Assembly: GCF_006345805.1 (NCBI RefSeq)
Contig: NC_043010.1
Location: forward strand, 17,050,001 to 17,114,000
Direction: 5' to 3'
DNA length: 64,000 nucleotides
From: Octopus sinensis
Taxonomy: Eukaryota
The position numbers and the translations under genes are program-made. Positions 1-11,868 of the stretch are shown piece after piece. The number at the start of each line of letters is the position of its first letter. The stretch's first letter is position 1. The notes below the pieces were generated by a model. It did not search any database. It was not told the DNA's origin and was given only the letters and a program-made list of their open reading frames with translations.

Positions 1-202
1 CCGCCTAGCGCAGGCGAAATTGTCTCAGAGTTGGACACAACCTACTGAAATAATAATTGGCACGCAATAAATTATGCCCAACTCACAATAAACAAAATCA
101 CTTACCTCGACAACTTTCCGTTTTTGGTCTTTTTTCTTTAGTTGGACAGAGCTTGTTACTCACGTCCACTCTAGCTCAACAAGAAGCAACCGACTAACTG
201 CG

Positions 203-247
203 CATGTCTGGTTAGCAAGCTACTTACCACACAGCCACTCCTGCGCC
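203..247 (-). mobile_element. SINE family B, head fragment
   Basis: Reverse complement of the head ggcgcaggagtggctgtgtggtaagtagcttgct seen in the full copies at 2981 and 37580. Confidence 0.8.
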
Positions 248-394
248 TATATATATATCAATTATTGAAGTGGCTAGTAGAAATTTAAAACCAAAAGGCC
301 CAAGTACAACAGTCTCTAAAAGTGACTAAGACCGCAAGTATAATCATATGTAAAAATATGTGTGCACATTGGTTTCAAATTATGGTAAAGGCAA

Positions 395-562
395 GAAGTT
401 TCGGGAGGGAGGGAGTAAGTCGATTTCATTGACAACCGGTACTTATTTTATCACCCCGAAATGGATGAAAAGCAAAGTCGACCCCGACGGTATTCGAACT
501 CAGAACGTAAAGACGGACGAAATGCGGGTAAGCATTTTGCCCGGTTGCGCGCTAACGATTCT
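395..562 (-). mobile_element. tRNA-derived SINE family A, partial
   Basis: Reverse complement matches the family A body (gttctgagttcgaat...gtcgactttgc...taagtaccggtt) of the copies at 27868 and 55127. Confidence 0.8.
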
Positions 563-583
563 TTTTTTTTTTTTTCTCTAGGT

Positions 584-802
584 CAGTGGTTTTCAACCAG
601 GGTTCCCCGGAACCTTAGGGTTCCACCAGTACAGTCCAGGGGTTCCGCCAAAAGTTACAAAACTGCTAAAATCGGCAGTCATTTTTAATTCTCCTGTGCA
701 GATATGTGTGCATAAGACTATTAAATTATTGCTCAGGGGTTCCTCGAGCCAGTGGAATGTTTCCTTGGGGTTCCGCCCCAGCAAAAAGGTTGAAAAGCAC
801 TG
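584..802. mobile_element. hAT (Charlie-like) MITE, 219 bp
   Basis: TIRs CAGTGGTTTTCAACC / GGTTGAAAAGCACTG, with a perfect 8-bp TSD CTCTAGGT at 576-583 and 803-810. Confidence 0.9.
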
Positions 803-810
803 CTCTAGGT

Positions 811-1007
811 ACAGGGCCCGAAATTTTGAGGGAGGAGGAAAGTCGATGAAATCGACCCCAGTGCGCAACTGGTGCTAATTTATCGACCCTGAAAGGATGA
901 AAGGTAAAGTCGACCTCGGCAGAATTTGAGCTCAGAACGTAAAGACAGACGAAATACTGCTAAGCATCTCGCCCGGCGTGTTAACATTTCGGCTAGTTCG
1001 CCGCCTT
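811..1007 (-). mobile_element. tRNA-derived SINE family A
   Basis: Reverse complement starts aggcggcgaactagccgaaatgttaacacgccggg, followed by a B-box-like gagctcaaattc and the central gtcgactttacctttcatcctttcagggtcgataaattagcaccag. Confidence 0.85.
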
Positions 1008-1089
1008 ACGTACATATATATTAAATACGCATACATACAAACACATAAATACATACTTACACACACACAAACACACACACACAAACACA

Positions 1090-1120
<31 letters not shown>

Positions 1121-1230
1121 CACATGAAGTAATTATATAAAATGATGAACATTGTATTTTTAACTGTTGAAAAGAGATGCACAACTGAAATTATGTAACA
1201 TTTGTGAGATCCGGTTTGTCATTCTTCTAA

Positions 1231-1278
<48 letters not shown>

Positions 1279-1913
1279 TGTGTGTGTGTGTATGCGAGGA
1301 TGCGTGCATGTGTGCGTGTGTGTGTGTGGAGAGAGTGAGAGAGAATGTTTGTGTCGTAGATAAGAGTGGAAAAGAGGGAAAGGAAGAGAGAATGAAAGAG
1401 AGAGAATGAGGAGGTCGAGGGGAGGAGAAGAAGGTGAAGGAGAAGAAGGTGAAGGAGAAGGAGGAGGAAGCAGAAAACAAAGAGATGGGAGATGTAAGAG
1501 GAGGTGTGGAAAGGAGAAGGAAAAGAGGAAAACAATGACGGTGTGAGGGGGTTGTTGAGGATGGAGGGGGAGGAGGAGGAGAGTCGAGTTAAATGTGATA
1601 TAAGTTTTATGAAGAGACGACATTCCGCAGAGTCAATGAGCGTTGAGAGTTGACCATCTGTCATTACAAAGGGGACGGCGGAGGCAGATGTGTCTCGGCC
1701 TAACCAAACCCAATTATCCACTTAATGCTTTAACGATCTCGTTTTGTGTTGCATAAAATTGTTGCTCGATGTTTTATCGAAGAGATTTTGCATCAAAAAA
1801 CACTTTCTGTCGAAAAACATTGGTGTCACGGTTTTTAAGTCAGGGTTGAGGGTTATGGCCTAGGTTTAGGGCTATAGTTTGGGGTCTCGCTTAGGATCTG
1901 GGGTCAGGATTTA

Positions 1914-2013
<100 letters not shown>

Positions 2014-2431
2014 GTCTATTGCGAATTGGGAAATGTTACAATTCCTCTTCTGGGTATTTCTTGATGTTTTGAAATTTCTTTATTGACTATTTTAAAATTT
2101 TTCTTCTCCTGCGGTTCGAATTTTAATTGTTCCACGTGTTGCATCCTAGAAAGTCTTTTCTTCGTAGAAAATAAGAATCGGCAAACCTGTTTTTTCCGTA
2201 AAAATATCGCAGAATTCTTTAACAATTTAGAGAAGCTGGCTATGTTGTTTCCAAGTTGTTTTATTTTATTAATGTATTTGAGATGTTACAGTCGTCATTT
2301 TCCACAGCTACTGAAGGGTTTCTTAACTGCAAAATGATGTCAATCCAATATTCACGGTAATCTAGCGGGTACCTACCTCTTGGCACACGACAGTTTTCTT
2401 CTTCAAAGTTCGAGTTATACAGAGCAATAAG

Positions 2432-2760
2432 GGATCTTTTCGGTTTGAACGGCAGTTTTTTCTAGCGGTATCATATGAAATTGTCACCCATAATTATGAC
2501 TCTAGTATCGATCTATTGCATTTCAACCTATTTTAGGGTTAGTTAGGGTTAGGGTTAGGGGTGGGGGAAGGGTATCTTTTTTTTCTTCAGAAATGTAAAT
2601 AAACCCAATCTGTTTCTTAAACGAAGGACATATTCATACGGCTCAGAATGTTTTTTTACCTCAATGGACGTCATTGATTGGTTGAAATTGCAGAAATTAA
2701 AGAAATTTTTTAGTTACCTAGAAATTATGTTAAAAACTGCCGTTCAAACCGAAAAGATCC
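2432..2760 (+). mobile_element. GGATC-ended MITE, copy 1 (internally deleted), Merlin-like by terminus and TSD
   Basis: 29-bp TIR GGATCTTTTCGGTTTGAACGGCAGTTTTT, perfect 8-bp TSD GCAATAAG (2424-2431, 2761-2768), internal TTAGGG repeats. The superfamily is inferred only from the GG..CC ends plus the 8-bp TSD. Confidence 0.9.
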
Positions 2761-2980
2761 GCAATAAGTCATATACTGACCGCTTTAAGTGAAAACTATC
2801 TTCCCAACTTTTCATATTATTTTGAAGTCTTCAGATTGATGCCAAATTTGTTGAAGATTTCGCCGTTTATCTAATTCTCTGCTAAACGATGTTTAAGATT
2901 ATTTTTGTCTCTTTCTCCGTGCGTAAATCATTTATAGAAGTTTCTCTGCCTGCTTTAGAGTGAGCAATAAAATTCTATTA

Positions 2981-3360
2981 CGCAGGAGTGGCTGTGTGGT
3001 AAGTAGCTTGCTTACCAACCACATGGTTCCGGGTTCAGTCCCACTGCGTGGCACCTGGGGCAAGTGTCTTCTACTATAGCCTCGGGCCGACCAAAGCCTT
3101 GCGAGTGGATTTGGTAGACGGAAACTGAAAGAAGCCCGTCGTATATATGTATATGTATATGTGTGTGTATCGCTTGGCAACCGATGCTGGTGTGTTTACA
3201 TCCCCGTAACTTACCAGTTCGGCAAAAGAGAGCGATAGAATAAGTACTAGGCTTACAAAGAATAAGTCCTGGGGTCGATTTGCTCGACTAAAGGTGGTGC
3301 TCCAGCATGGCTGCAGTCAAATGACTGAAACAAGTAAAAGAGTAAAGGAGTAAAAGAGTA
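2981..3360 (+). mobile_element. SINE family B (tRNA head, CORE-like gcacctggggcaagtgtctt), full length
   Basis: A- and B-box-like head, CORE-like segment, internal (TA/TG) microsatellite and (gtaaaaga)n tail; near-identical copy at 37580. Confidence 0.9.
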
Positions 3361-3744
3361 CGAAATTGTCAGATGTTTTGTCGTTAATATTTAACTAACA
3401 TCACATGATTGGTCGTCGTTTCTTGATGAAGTTTTTGAACATTTCAAATTAGGACCGTAAATCTTGTCATTTAGTGCAAATATATCTATTCAGTGGCACA
3501 GAATATCGTCGGGGGAAAGACCCACTCTGTGCCAGCTTCCAAACACCTTGGCTCTGTGCCACTAACAGGATTCTAACTTAAAGCTTTTAGGTCATTCGAA
3601 TCAGCTCCCGGCATCAGACACTCCCCCTCTTCCTCCAACACCACCACCACCACCATTTCCAGGAAATACCAGTTTATGAATCAGAAAACTAATGAAAAAC
3701 TTTTGTCATGCCCTCCATCGTCTGTAAAAATCATATAGCTAATA

Positions 3745-4500
3745 TCAGTAACTGAATATCTAATTTCTTCTCATTTGAGCAAATATTCGATATATGCAGC
3801 CCCTTGCTGTAATAACGCCCGAACCAACAGTGGCTTCAAACAGAAGATAATTTATAATCCGACCATAAAAAGAACGAATCCTAAAAATAGACCTACAAAG
3901 ATTATATGGTTCGCTTTTTTCTTGTGTGTTACGAAGAATGTAGGCAGAAAATCCCTTGCCTCGAAAAATAAGCATTTCCCGGATAGGCACAAGTATAAGA
4001 AAATTTTTAAAAGACGTTCCGGGAAAGTTTCTTGTAGTTGCTGCCACCCCAAAATGGAAAGCATTATTTTATGGAAGTCACACTGGGCGCCTACTCCAAA
4101 ATGTAACTATATAGACCCAGACACTTGCCCCTCAGCCAGGTATGCATAGTTACCTCATGGTATGCGATGCTGAGGTCACCTCAGGTCTACCAAATGACGA
4201 ACCAGAAAAACAATATATTGTACTGTATGATAAGATCTTTAAAAAGAGATATACCAGCTACCAGTTATCTTTCCGGTACGTTCACAAGAAGAAAATCATT
4301 AAGTTAGTTAGGATATGAATGCCAATAACACCATTCACACACATTGTAGAACGATCCACAGCAAGTGTTGATATGTAAAGGAGATGCAGACTTTGTATAA
4401 CCGAAAAACTCATAGATATTTTACATCTAATAATTCCAGCGACCTACGCAAAATCAAACATCTTGACTATCAAACTCTACTGGAGAACACCAGCTCTCCT
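3745..4500 (+). pseudogene. Penelope-like element (Naiad-type) RT-linker plus GIY-YIG endonuclease relic
   Basis: Frames give KIIWF..., TKNVGRKSL..NKHFPDRHKYKKIFKRRSGKVSCSCCHPKMESII, CNYIDPDTCP, VCDAEVTS..KQYIV..IFKKRYTSYQLSFR and CRLCITEKLI. This is the motif order of C-terminal-GIY-YIG PLEs, with frameshifts and stops. Confidence 0.8.
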
Positions 4501-4994
4501 GACTAGGCAGACAGTCTAACAAACTTTAACATTTTCCCGTTGAATTAACCGCATCGACAATTGTTATTTCTCATTCCAACGGACGAAAGGGAGACAACTC
4601 TTATCTCACTTCATTTCAAGCTTTCCTTATCTCATTTCCTTTCTTTTCTCATTTTTCTTCATTTTCCTCCGTAATTCTTTGTAGCTCTTTCTTGCTTTCC
4701 CTGAGAGAGCAGCCGTATTCTGGACTTGAAAGATTGCAGGATAACACACAGCTCGGCGTGCAAGGTCGACCAGTTACTGTACTACCGGAGTACGAAACTT
4801 ATAGTAGCTCACACATACTTATGTGTACGCACACACACAGACACACAGACACGCTGCTCACACAAGTTTTTTCTATCGATTTACGTGCGCTGGGACGCGC
4901 GCATGCGCTTACGAATAGCAAACTGTCTTCTTTTTCGGAATAAATGAGCTTCCATTTGGTCGGCTGAAATAGAAGCCATGTAGAATGACTGGGA

Positions 4995-5369
4995 AGATCA
5001 AACGAACCACCACCACCACCACCACCACCACCACCGTCAACAAGAACAGCAACATCGTCAGATCTATCATCACCAGTAGCATTGTTGTCATCAACATTGT
5101 CATCATCATCATCATCATCGTCGTCGTCGTTGTCGTCATCATCATCATCATTATCATCGTCATCATCGTCATCATTATCATTATCATCATCATCGTCATC
5201 ATCATCATCATCAGCATCATCGTCGTCGTCGTCATTATCATAATCGTCGTCGTCATCATCATCATCTTCATTATCATCGTCATCATCATCGTCATTATCA
5301 TCATTATCATCATCGTCATCGTCATCAGCATCATCGTCGTCGTCGTCATCATCATAATCATCGTCGTCG

Positions 5370-5402
<33 letters not shown>

Positions 5403-5447
5403 ACATCATCATCATCGTCATCATCATCATCAGCAGCAGCAGCAGCG
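4995..5447. repeat. Compound (ACC)n/(ATC)n/(GTC)n trinucleotide microsatellite
   Basis: Read directly; explains ORFs 4909-5430 and 4985-5506. Confidence 0.95.
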
Positions 5448-6707
5448 TTAACTGCAGCAGTACTGGCAGTACAAACTATCGTATCTGTACATCGAGGTAT
5501 ATTTGAGAAGATAACGGAATGTTAGATTGGAGGCAGTCGAGACAGTAGAGCGCCAGATTGACTGGATTGCAGTATTCTAGTGTTATATCACTTACGTGTC
5601 AGAAGTTTACTGAGAATCTAGTAAGCTGACAATCTAGTTATCCGGCAATCTAATAATCCGGCAATCTAGTTATCCGGCATTCTAACTTTCCTTTAAGTAA
5701 GCTAAGTGCCCGGCCTCTGGAGGGCAAAAAATCCAGAAGATTCGTGGATTGAGATTAAAATCTCCACAAAAAGACCAAAATGAGAGTTTGTATTTATTTA
5801 TTAAGTGAAATGGTTTAGTTAGAAGTAGAATGGAAATTATGAAGACGATGACAGGATCTACAAGATTGATAAGGGGTGGGGGGAGAAAGGGATATCGATG
5901 ACGGGTCATCCTCTCGACATATTTTATCGATTGATTGATATTACAGACACCAAATGGCTATTTTATTATCGCCCTTCAAATAATTAGTTTTCTTATGTAA
6001 AATTCAATTAATTATAATATATGAGATATCCGTTGTGATGTTACACTTTAAAAGATCATGCCAACAATTTAGTGTCGTCATTGGTTTAGTGCAAAGGTTC
6101 TGAACCCATTTTGGCCAAAGGCCCCCTTTTGACCCTTCGAGTCACAAATGCCCCCCACCCCCGAAAATATTTTGAATTTTCAATAAACTTATTTTGATAT
6201 CAGCAGATAATGGTTAAAAATTAAAGGACGTCGTTTTGCGTATGCGCTTGTACACAGCCGGGAGTAGAGATGTACAAATTGAAATGCAAAAAAAAAATAA
6301 TAATTAAATAATAAATTATAAGTTTAGTAATTGCATTTATTTCCACCACGCGACACTTTTGAGATCAACGTGTCCTCTATCGAAAGAGCGCTCTTTGGTA
6401 CAAGTAAATGCTGATGAAATCATTTCAAACCTTTCCGATTTCCCGTATCAAAACAGCAAGAACTTGTGAAATAATCTGAGATATAAGTTATTGTCACCCG
6501 AGAAGAGGATTGTTTATGCTCAACAAAGAGAGTCTTTTTGATAGAAATTGTTGAAATACATATGTACGTCATATGAGTAGCAAATTGTGGAGGATGGGAT
6601 TCACTGTACTCGGATCTTGTGAGTCTGAGTCACAAAATCAGCCCACTTTTAAAATGAGGTAAAAAAAATCTGAAAATTTGTCATATTAAACATTCATTTC
6701 TTATTCA

Positions 6708-6989
6708 GGATCCTGTTTGTTTCATTCGCAAAATCTGCATTTTTTAAAAGAAAGTAAAAATCTAAAAATTGGTTTTTCTTGATGCAGTTTTACACGCTTA
6801 TTCCTAAAAAGCCAAACGCACAATTTTTTTTAAATTCCTGGTTTCAAAATACGGACAGTACGAATCTACCATTCGTTTCTCTTTATAATTTCTAAATAAT
6901 CTTTTAAATACTTCAAAATCAAAATTGCGTAAATATGTGTGCCAGAAACAGTAGTTAAAAATTAAGGAAATAAATTTGGGGGGAGATCT
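6708..6989. mobile_element. Possible degenerate GGATC-type MITE
   Basis: Starts ggatcc and ends agatct, flanked by cttattca / cttattta (7/8 match); TIR similarity beyond 5 bp is weak. Confidence 0.35.
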
Positions 6990-7374
6990 CTTATTTATGA
7001 CTGACTTTTATTCCATTATTCTAATATCTTCTGAAACTTATACATATACATGTATAAATGCATACAGAAACATACAAACACACACACACACACACACACA
7101 CATACATTTTATATACATCCTTGTATATATAAATAAATATTTCGGCATATCTACACAATTGTTCCCCAAATATTTGCTTCTTCATAACCTTGAGAAAATT
7201 AAATATTTCTTTTCTACAAATATACTTCAGATCATGTAGATTCCAATTAAATAGGAATTCATTGTGAAAACCGTTTGTCCCTAAAGGAGTTCTAGAAAAT
7301 TCACACCATTAGGCTTTGTTGTATATATATATATATATAATATATATATATATAATATATATTATATATATAAT

Positions 7375-7763
7375 TGATATAGGATAAAAATTTTTTCGGG
7401 AAAAAAATTTTATCAATGGCCAGCATATCAAAAAATGCCTTTAAAGGTAAAATTTATACATAATTTACAAGATAAGGGCAGAAGAAAATTCTAATGCCAG
7501 ATACGCATTGGGGTACTTAAGTCTGCTCGGGACTTGGTGCTGCTTCTCCGTGGGTATGAATAAGTATTTCATTTATATCTCGTGTATGGCCGCTGAAGAG
7601 GGGGAAATTTCTTGTGAATTACCCCGAAATTGGACAATACGGTAATAACGAATTTTTTAGAGATTTCTATCGTTTTGTTTCGAGACGCATAAATTTAATG
7701 GTTATCGACATTTGTTTTTGTTTCGGTGTGTATCTGGCATTAGAATTTTTCTTCTGCCCTTAT

Positions 7764-7770
<7 letters not shown>
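7375..7770 (+). mobile_element. Hammerhead-bearing fold-back element (PLE pLTR-like)
   Basis: 7469-7504 is the inverted copy of 7730-7766; canonical hammerhead at 7585-7647; both ends abut (TA)n. Confidence 0.7.
7585..7647 (+). ncRNA. Type I hammerhead ribozyme, canonical core
   Basis: CUGAAGA 7593-7599; stem II GGGG/CCCC extended by AAUU/AAUU; GAAA 7626-7629; stem III AUUG-ga-CAAU; AUA triplet with predicted cleavage after 7639; stem I UAU-g-GCCG / CGGU-a-AUA. Folded by hand. Confidence 0.8.
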
Positions 7771-7809
<39 letters not shown>

Positions 7810-7899
7810 ATATATATAATATATATATATATATAGCTATATATATATATATATATATAAGATAAGGGCAGAAGAAAATTCTAATGCCAGATACATATA

Positions 7900-7945
<46 letters not shown>

Positions 7946-7947
<2 letters not shown>

Positions 7948-8242
7948 AGGCGCAATGGCCCAGTGGTTAGGGCAGCGGACTCGCGGTTTCGATTCCCAGA
8001 CCGGGCGTTGTGGGTGTTTATTGAGCGAAAACACCTAAAGCTCCACGAGGCTCCGGCAGGGGATGGTGGTGATCCCTGCTGTACTCTTTCACCACAACTT
8101 TCTCTCACTCTTTCTTCTGTTGGCCTGCTCGCTTAGCCAGCGGGGCAGCGTCATTTGAAGGCTAAAACAATGCGAAGCGCATTGTGACCAGCGATGTGTA
8201 GCAACATCTGATAGCCTGGTCGGTCACGGTGATCACGGTGAT
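7946..8242 (+). mobile_element. tRNA-derived SINE family C, full length
   Basis: Head ggaggcgcaatggcccagtggttagggcagcggactcgcggtttcgattccc and tail gtcggtcacggtgatcacggtgat; homologous to 63790-64000 (-). Confidence 0.9.
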
Positions 8243-8273
<31 letters not shown>

Positions 8274-8812
8274 TTATATATATATATATATATATATCGT
8301 ATTGTTTTAATTATATCTTTATACACGCACATAAAATACTGGCACATCGTCGGTTACGATAATCACAAGTATCCCAAAACTTCTTCACCAATCTTCCAAC
8401 TTCATTTTTCCTCTTAAAAAGAAGACTTTCGTCTACTTGGACTATATGTCGTACCACTGCATGGCTGTCTGTCTGCTAATATTGCTGATGGACATGCAGC
8501 ATGTCACTGGCATTTCACATATAAAATCCAGGATTATATGAAAAGGTGTGGAGACCGTCAGTTAACCTTCTTCCATAAAAGAATTTAAAAATTATTTGGA
8601 AATTATAAAGAGAAACGAATTGTAGATTCGAATTGTCCGTATTTTAAAACAACAAATTAAAAAAAAACTGAGGAGCGGGAGTTTTTTTTTTTTTTTTGCA
8701 TAACTACATCAATTCTATTATACAGAAGACAGAATCGAAAAAAAATTGTAAAAATTCTTAAAAATACAAAAGTTATGAGGGGTTTTAGCACATGCTTACA
8801 TCATAATTCCGC

Positions 8813-8850
<38 letters not shown>

Positions 8851-8949
8851 AACATCAGACCACACCACACTACACCATACAACATTACACATCACATCAC
8901 AACACACCACCCATACACCCATCCCCACATTTTCACACCTACACATACA

Positions 8950-9282
8950 TACACGCACACGTCCAGACCACCAGCCCTCTTTCACACGCACATACATACT
9001 CTCTTATACACACACGCACCTTCGTGTTGGGGGTCATCTTTACTTTGCTATCTCCCCTACTTTCCCTCTTGTGTGTGACCCTTCTGTCCGAGTCAGTCAC
9101 CATGATAGATCGTTACCCACTGCACACATTTTTTTCTCTCCTTGTTTTTTTCTGTGTCCCTTTCTGTAGAAGAGCGTAGTCTCGAAACGTAAAAGACTTT
9201 TTCTATTTCTGAGCGTTATACTAATACATCTTTTTGTTTTGTACACCACCTGTCTTCGTCTTTTGTTTTTTTCGTAAACCCT

Positions 9283-9285
<3 letters not shown>
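8950..9285 (+). mobile_element. PLE pLTR-like repeat, copy 1, with minimal hammerhead-like motif
   Basis: Homologous to 17790-18135; contains ctgtagaagagcgtagtctcgaaacgtaaaag; ends in (TA)n. Confidence 0.7.
9160..9195 (+). ncRNA. Minimal hammerhead-like motif with non-canonical A6U core
   Basis: Stem I CUUU/AAAG, core CUGUAGA plus an extra A, stem II GAG/CUC, GAAA, palindromic ACGU stem III, GUA triplet. Confidence 0.5.
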
Positions 9286-9336
<51 letters not shown>

Positions 9337-9483
9337 GACATATATATATTATTTCTTTATTGCCCACAAGGGGCTATATAGACATATATATATTATTTAC
9401 TTATACACATCAACAAATGAGTTGATGGGGTACTCTCCGTGTAGTTATCCAATTTTCTAAAAATAACACCTAAATCTCCCTTA

Positions 9484-11222
9484 GAATCTTTTCTAAAAGA
9501 AGGACTGATTTTTCTAGTTAACTAAATAATTTGAAACTTCGTATACTGGTAGAATGTGTCAAAAGAAAACATTAATTTCAACTAGTTTTTTTGAGAAAAA
9601 TGTATTTTGTAAGTTTAAACGTAGTTTAAATCTGCGAATTTTAACCAATCGTATTGTCTGTTTTGATCTGAAATCATTATCTGCATAGTGTTACTGTGAC
9701 GTAGACAGCTATTTTGTGAAAATTTTAAACAGCGTGGGTAAGAAGTAAACAAACAGTTGTGGTAGATGTGGTTATCATGGCAGTGGTGGTGGTGGTGGTG
9801 GTGGTGTAGTGGTGACAGTGGATATGTATGATGGCAGCAATTATAGTGTTGGTGTTTTTGTAGAGGTGGTGGTGGTGGTGGCGGCAGTGGATGATGATGA
9901 TAATGATGATGATAGTAGTAGTGGCATTGATTATGTTAGGATGTCTCATGGATGGTAGTGTTGAAGACATTGCAGAGTGTAGTGGTGGTGAAATTGGTGA
10001 TTTTGAATATGATGCTGGTATTGGTCTTGGGGTTGTGGTTGCAGAAGATGGTTGTGGTGGTGGCATTGGAGGTTGTAGTAATGGTTGTAGTGGTGGTTGT
10101 GAAGATGATTCTGATATTGATAGTCTTTGCATTGAAGTGGTGGCAGAGTCAGAGTAAATAATAAGAGCCCAGTTAACACAAGATTCTTAAATTTCGGAGA
10201 TCATAAGATAGAGAGCAAGAAGTTAAAAGTTCCAATACTGGCCCAATTCCTACACCCAGATTCTTCAACTATTTTATACGAAAGGGGTTAATGGCAGGGT
10301 AGGGATTCAGCTTAAAAATAAATTGTATAACAAAAAATACATAAATAAATTACTGCTCCAACGATGTAATTTTAGTATGTGTGTGTGTGTATGTATGTAT
10401 GTATGTATGTATGTGTGTGTGTGTGTGTGTATGTATGTATGGATCAAAACAGTTTGATTCAAATTCTGTGGTACTTATATATTCAAACATACATATACAT
10501 GTAGATGTATATAACATATATATATATATATTGTATGTAAACATCTTTTATATATATATAATGTATGCATCTATAATACACACACATTATAAATATATAC
10601 ACATATATGCATATGCATTAGAATGTGTGTATAGGTGTATATATATATATGCATATGTTTGTATACATGTGTGTGTAGTTATTTAGGATCTACACAAATT
10701 TTATATATACTCCACGAAGTTTGAAAGTGTTTAGAAAAAATTATTTTTTTAAATCTGTAGGTCAAAAGGTAAAGATCCGGTATTTTAAATTTTTGTTGCA
10801 TTTCTAATCTTTCTGATGTCTAAGGATGGATATTTATGCGTATGAATCATTTTCTTTTTATTTTGTTTCAAATATAATTCTAGGGAACTGAAAAAGCTGT
10901 GTACGATGCCAAGCGAATTTAGCTGTTTACGATAAGCGGATGTTTACATTTTGGCTGTTTACATGTTTATGTTAAGTACGTCACAAAATAGCTGTTTACG
11001 TCACAGTAACAATATGTTGACAGGCAGTAAATGATATGAGGTCAAAACAAAGAATACCATTGTTTAAAATTCGAATTATTAAATTACGTTAAACTTAGAA
11101 ATTACAATTCCGTTTTCAATTTGGTTTACAATTATGTTTCCTTTTGACTCATTCTACCAGTATACGAAGTTTCAAATTGTTTACTTAACTAGAAAAATCT
11201 GTCCTTCTTTTAGAAGAGATCC
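9484..11222. mobile_element. 1.74-kb long-TIR DNA element related to the GGATC MITE
   Basis: Imperfect TIRs of about 235 bp (9484-9720 / 10980-11222) sharing aaacttcgtatactggtagaatg with the MITE; perfect 8-bp TSD CTCCCTTA at 9476-9483 and 11223-11230. Confidence 0.85.
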
Positions 11223-11615
11223 CTCCCTTATACTATGCTCTTGTTAGTATTAAGGAAAGGGACAATGTTCACTCCTCTCCATCATTACGATTAAAATTAA
11301 TATTTTTTATTTTGTTCGGCTCTGTGAATTTAACTGTTTTTTAAGTGCTTCTATCCATTGCTTGATACAGGAAATTGGAAATTCCTAAACAAAACAGAGA
11401 AATTCTAACTTAACAAAAAATATACAAAGAGAAAGAAAAGGTTCTGTTTTCCAAAGCCAAAAGATGTGTCTTTAGCTGGGGTGTAATTTTATAATTACAA
11501 CAAATTCAAAATTTGAATTTCAAAACATAAGACTTACCACGTTATCTGGTGTATAGCCGCATTTCAAATGGGTACAAAACCTAAAACAAATGTGTGCGTG
11601 CGTGCGTGTGTGTGT

Positions 11616-11650
<35 letters not shown>

Positions 11651-11823
11651 TTGGGTCTTTAACAGCCGGGGGTCAATTTAAGTTCAATCGCAGAAAGGAA
11701 AACAAAACGGCAACACACGCAATCATATACATACAAACATACCCATACATACACACACATACACAAATACATACCTATCAGCCAGTTTGATCCAGAATTC
11801 TGACCACCATTCTTTGTATATTT

Positions 11824-11868
<45 letters not shown>

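Noticed and set aside
2016-2975. Complex sequence interrupted by MITE copy 1, possibly a decayed transposase on the minus strand
   Set aside because: All frames contain many stops, and no motif could be recognised with confidence.
4500-4810. SECIS or selenocysteine recoding, reported for some Naiad PLEs
   Set aside because: No AUGA-AA-GA SECIS fold was identifiable by eye, and the ORF is frameshifted, so in-frame UGA cannot be assessed.
4695-4812. Possible hammerhead downstream of the Naiad-type relic (CTGAGAGA...CGAAACTTATAGTA)
   Set aside because: The core does not fit CUGANGA, and the stem I strands do not pair.
9891-10157. Gly/Asp/Cys-rich 88-aa ORF
   Set aside because: Degenerate (GTG/GAT) repeat open in several frames on both strands.
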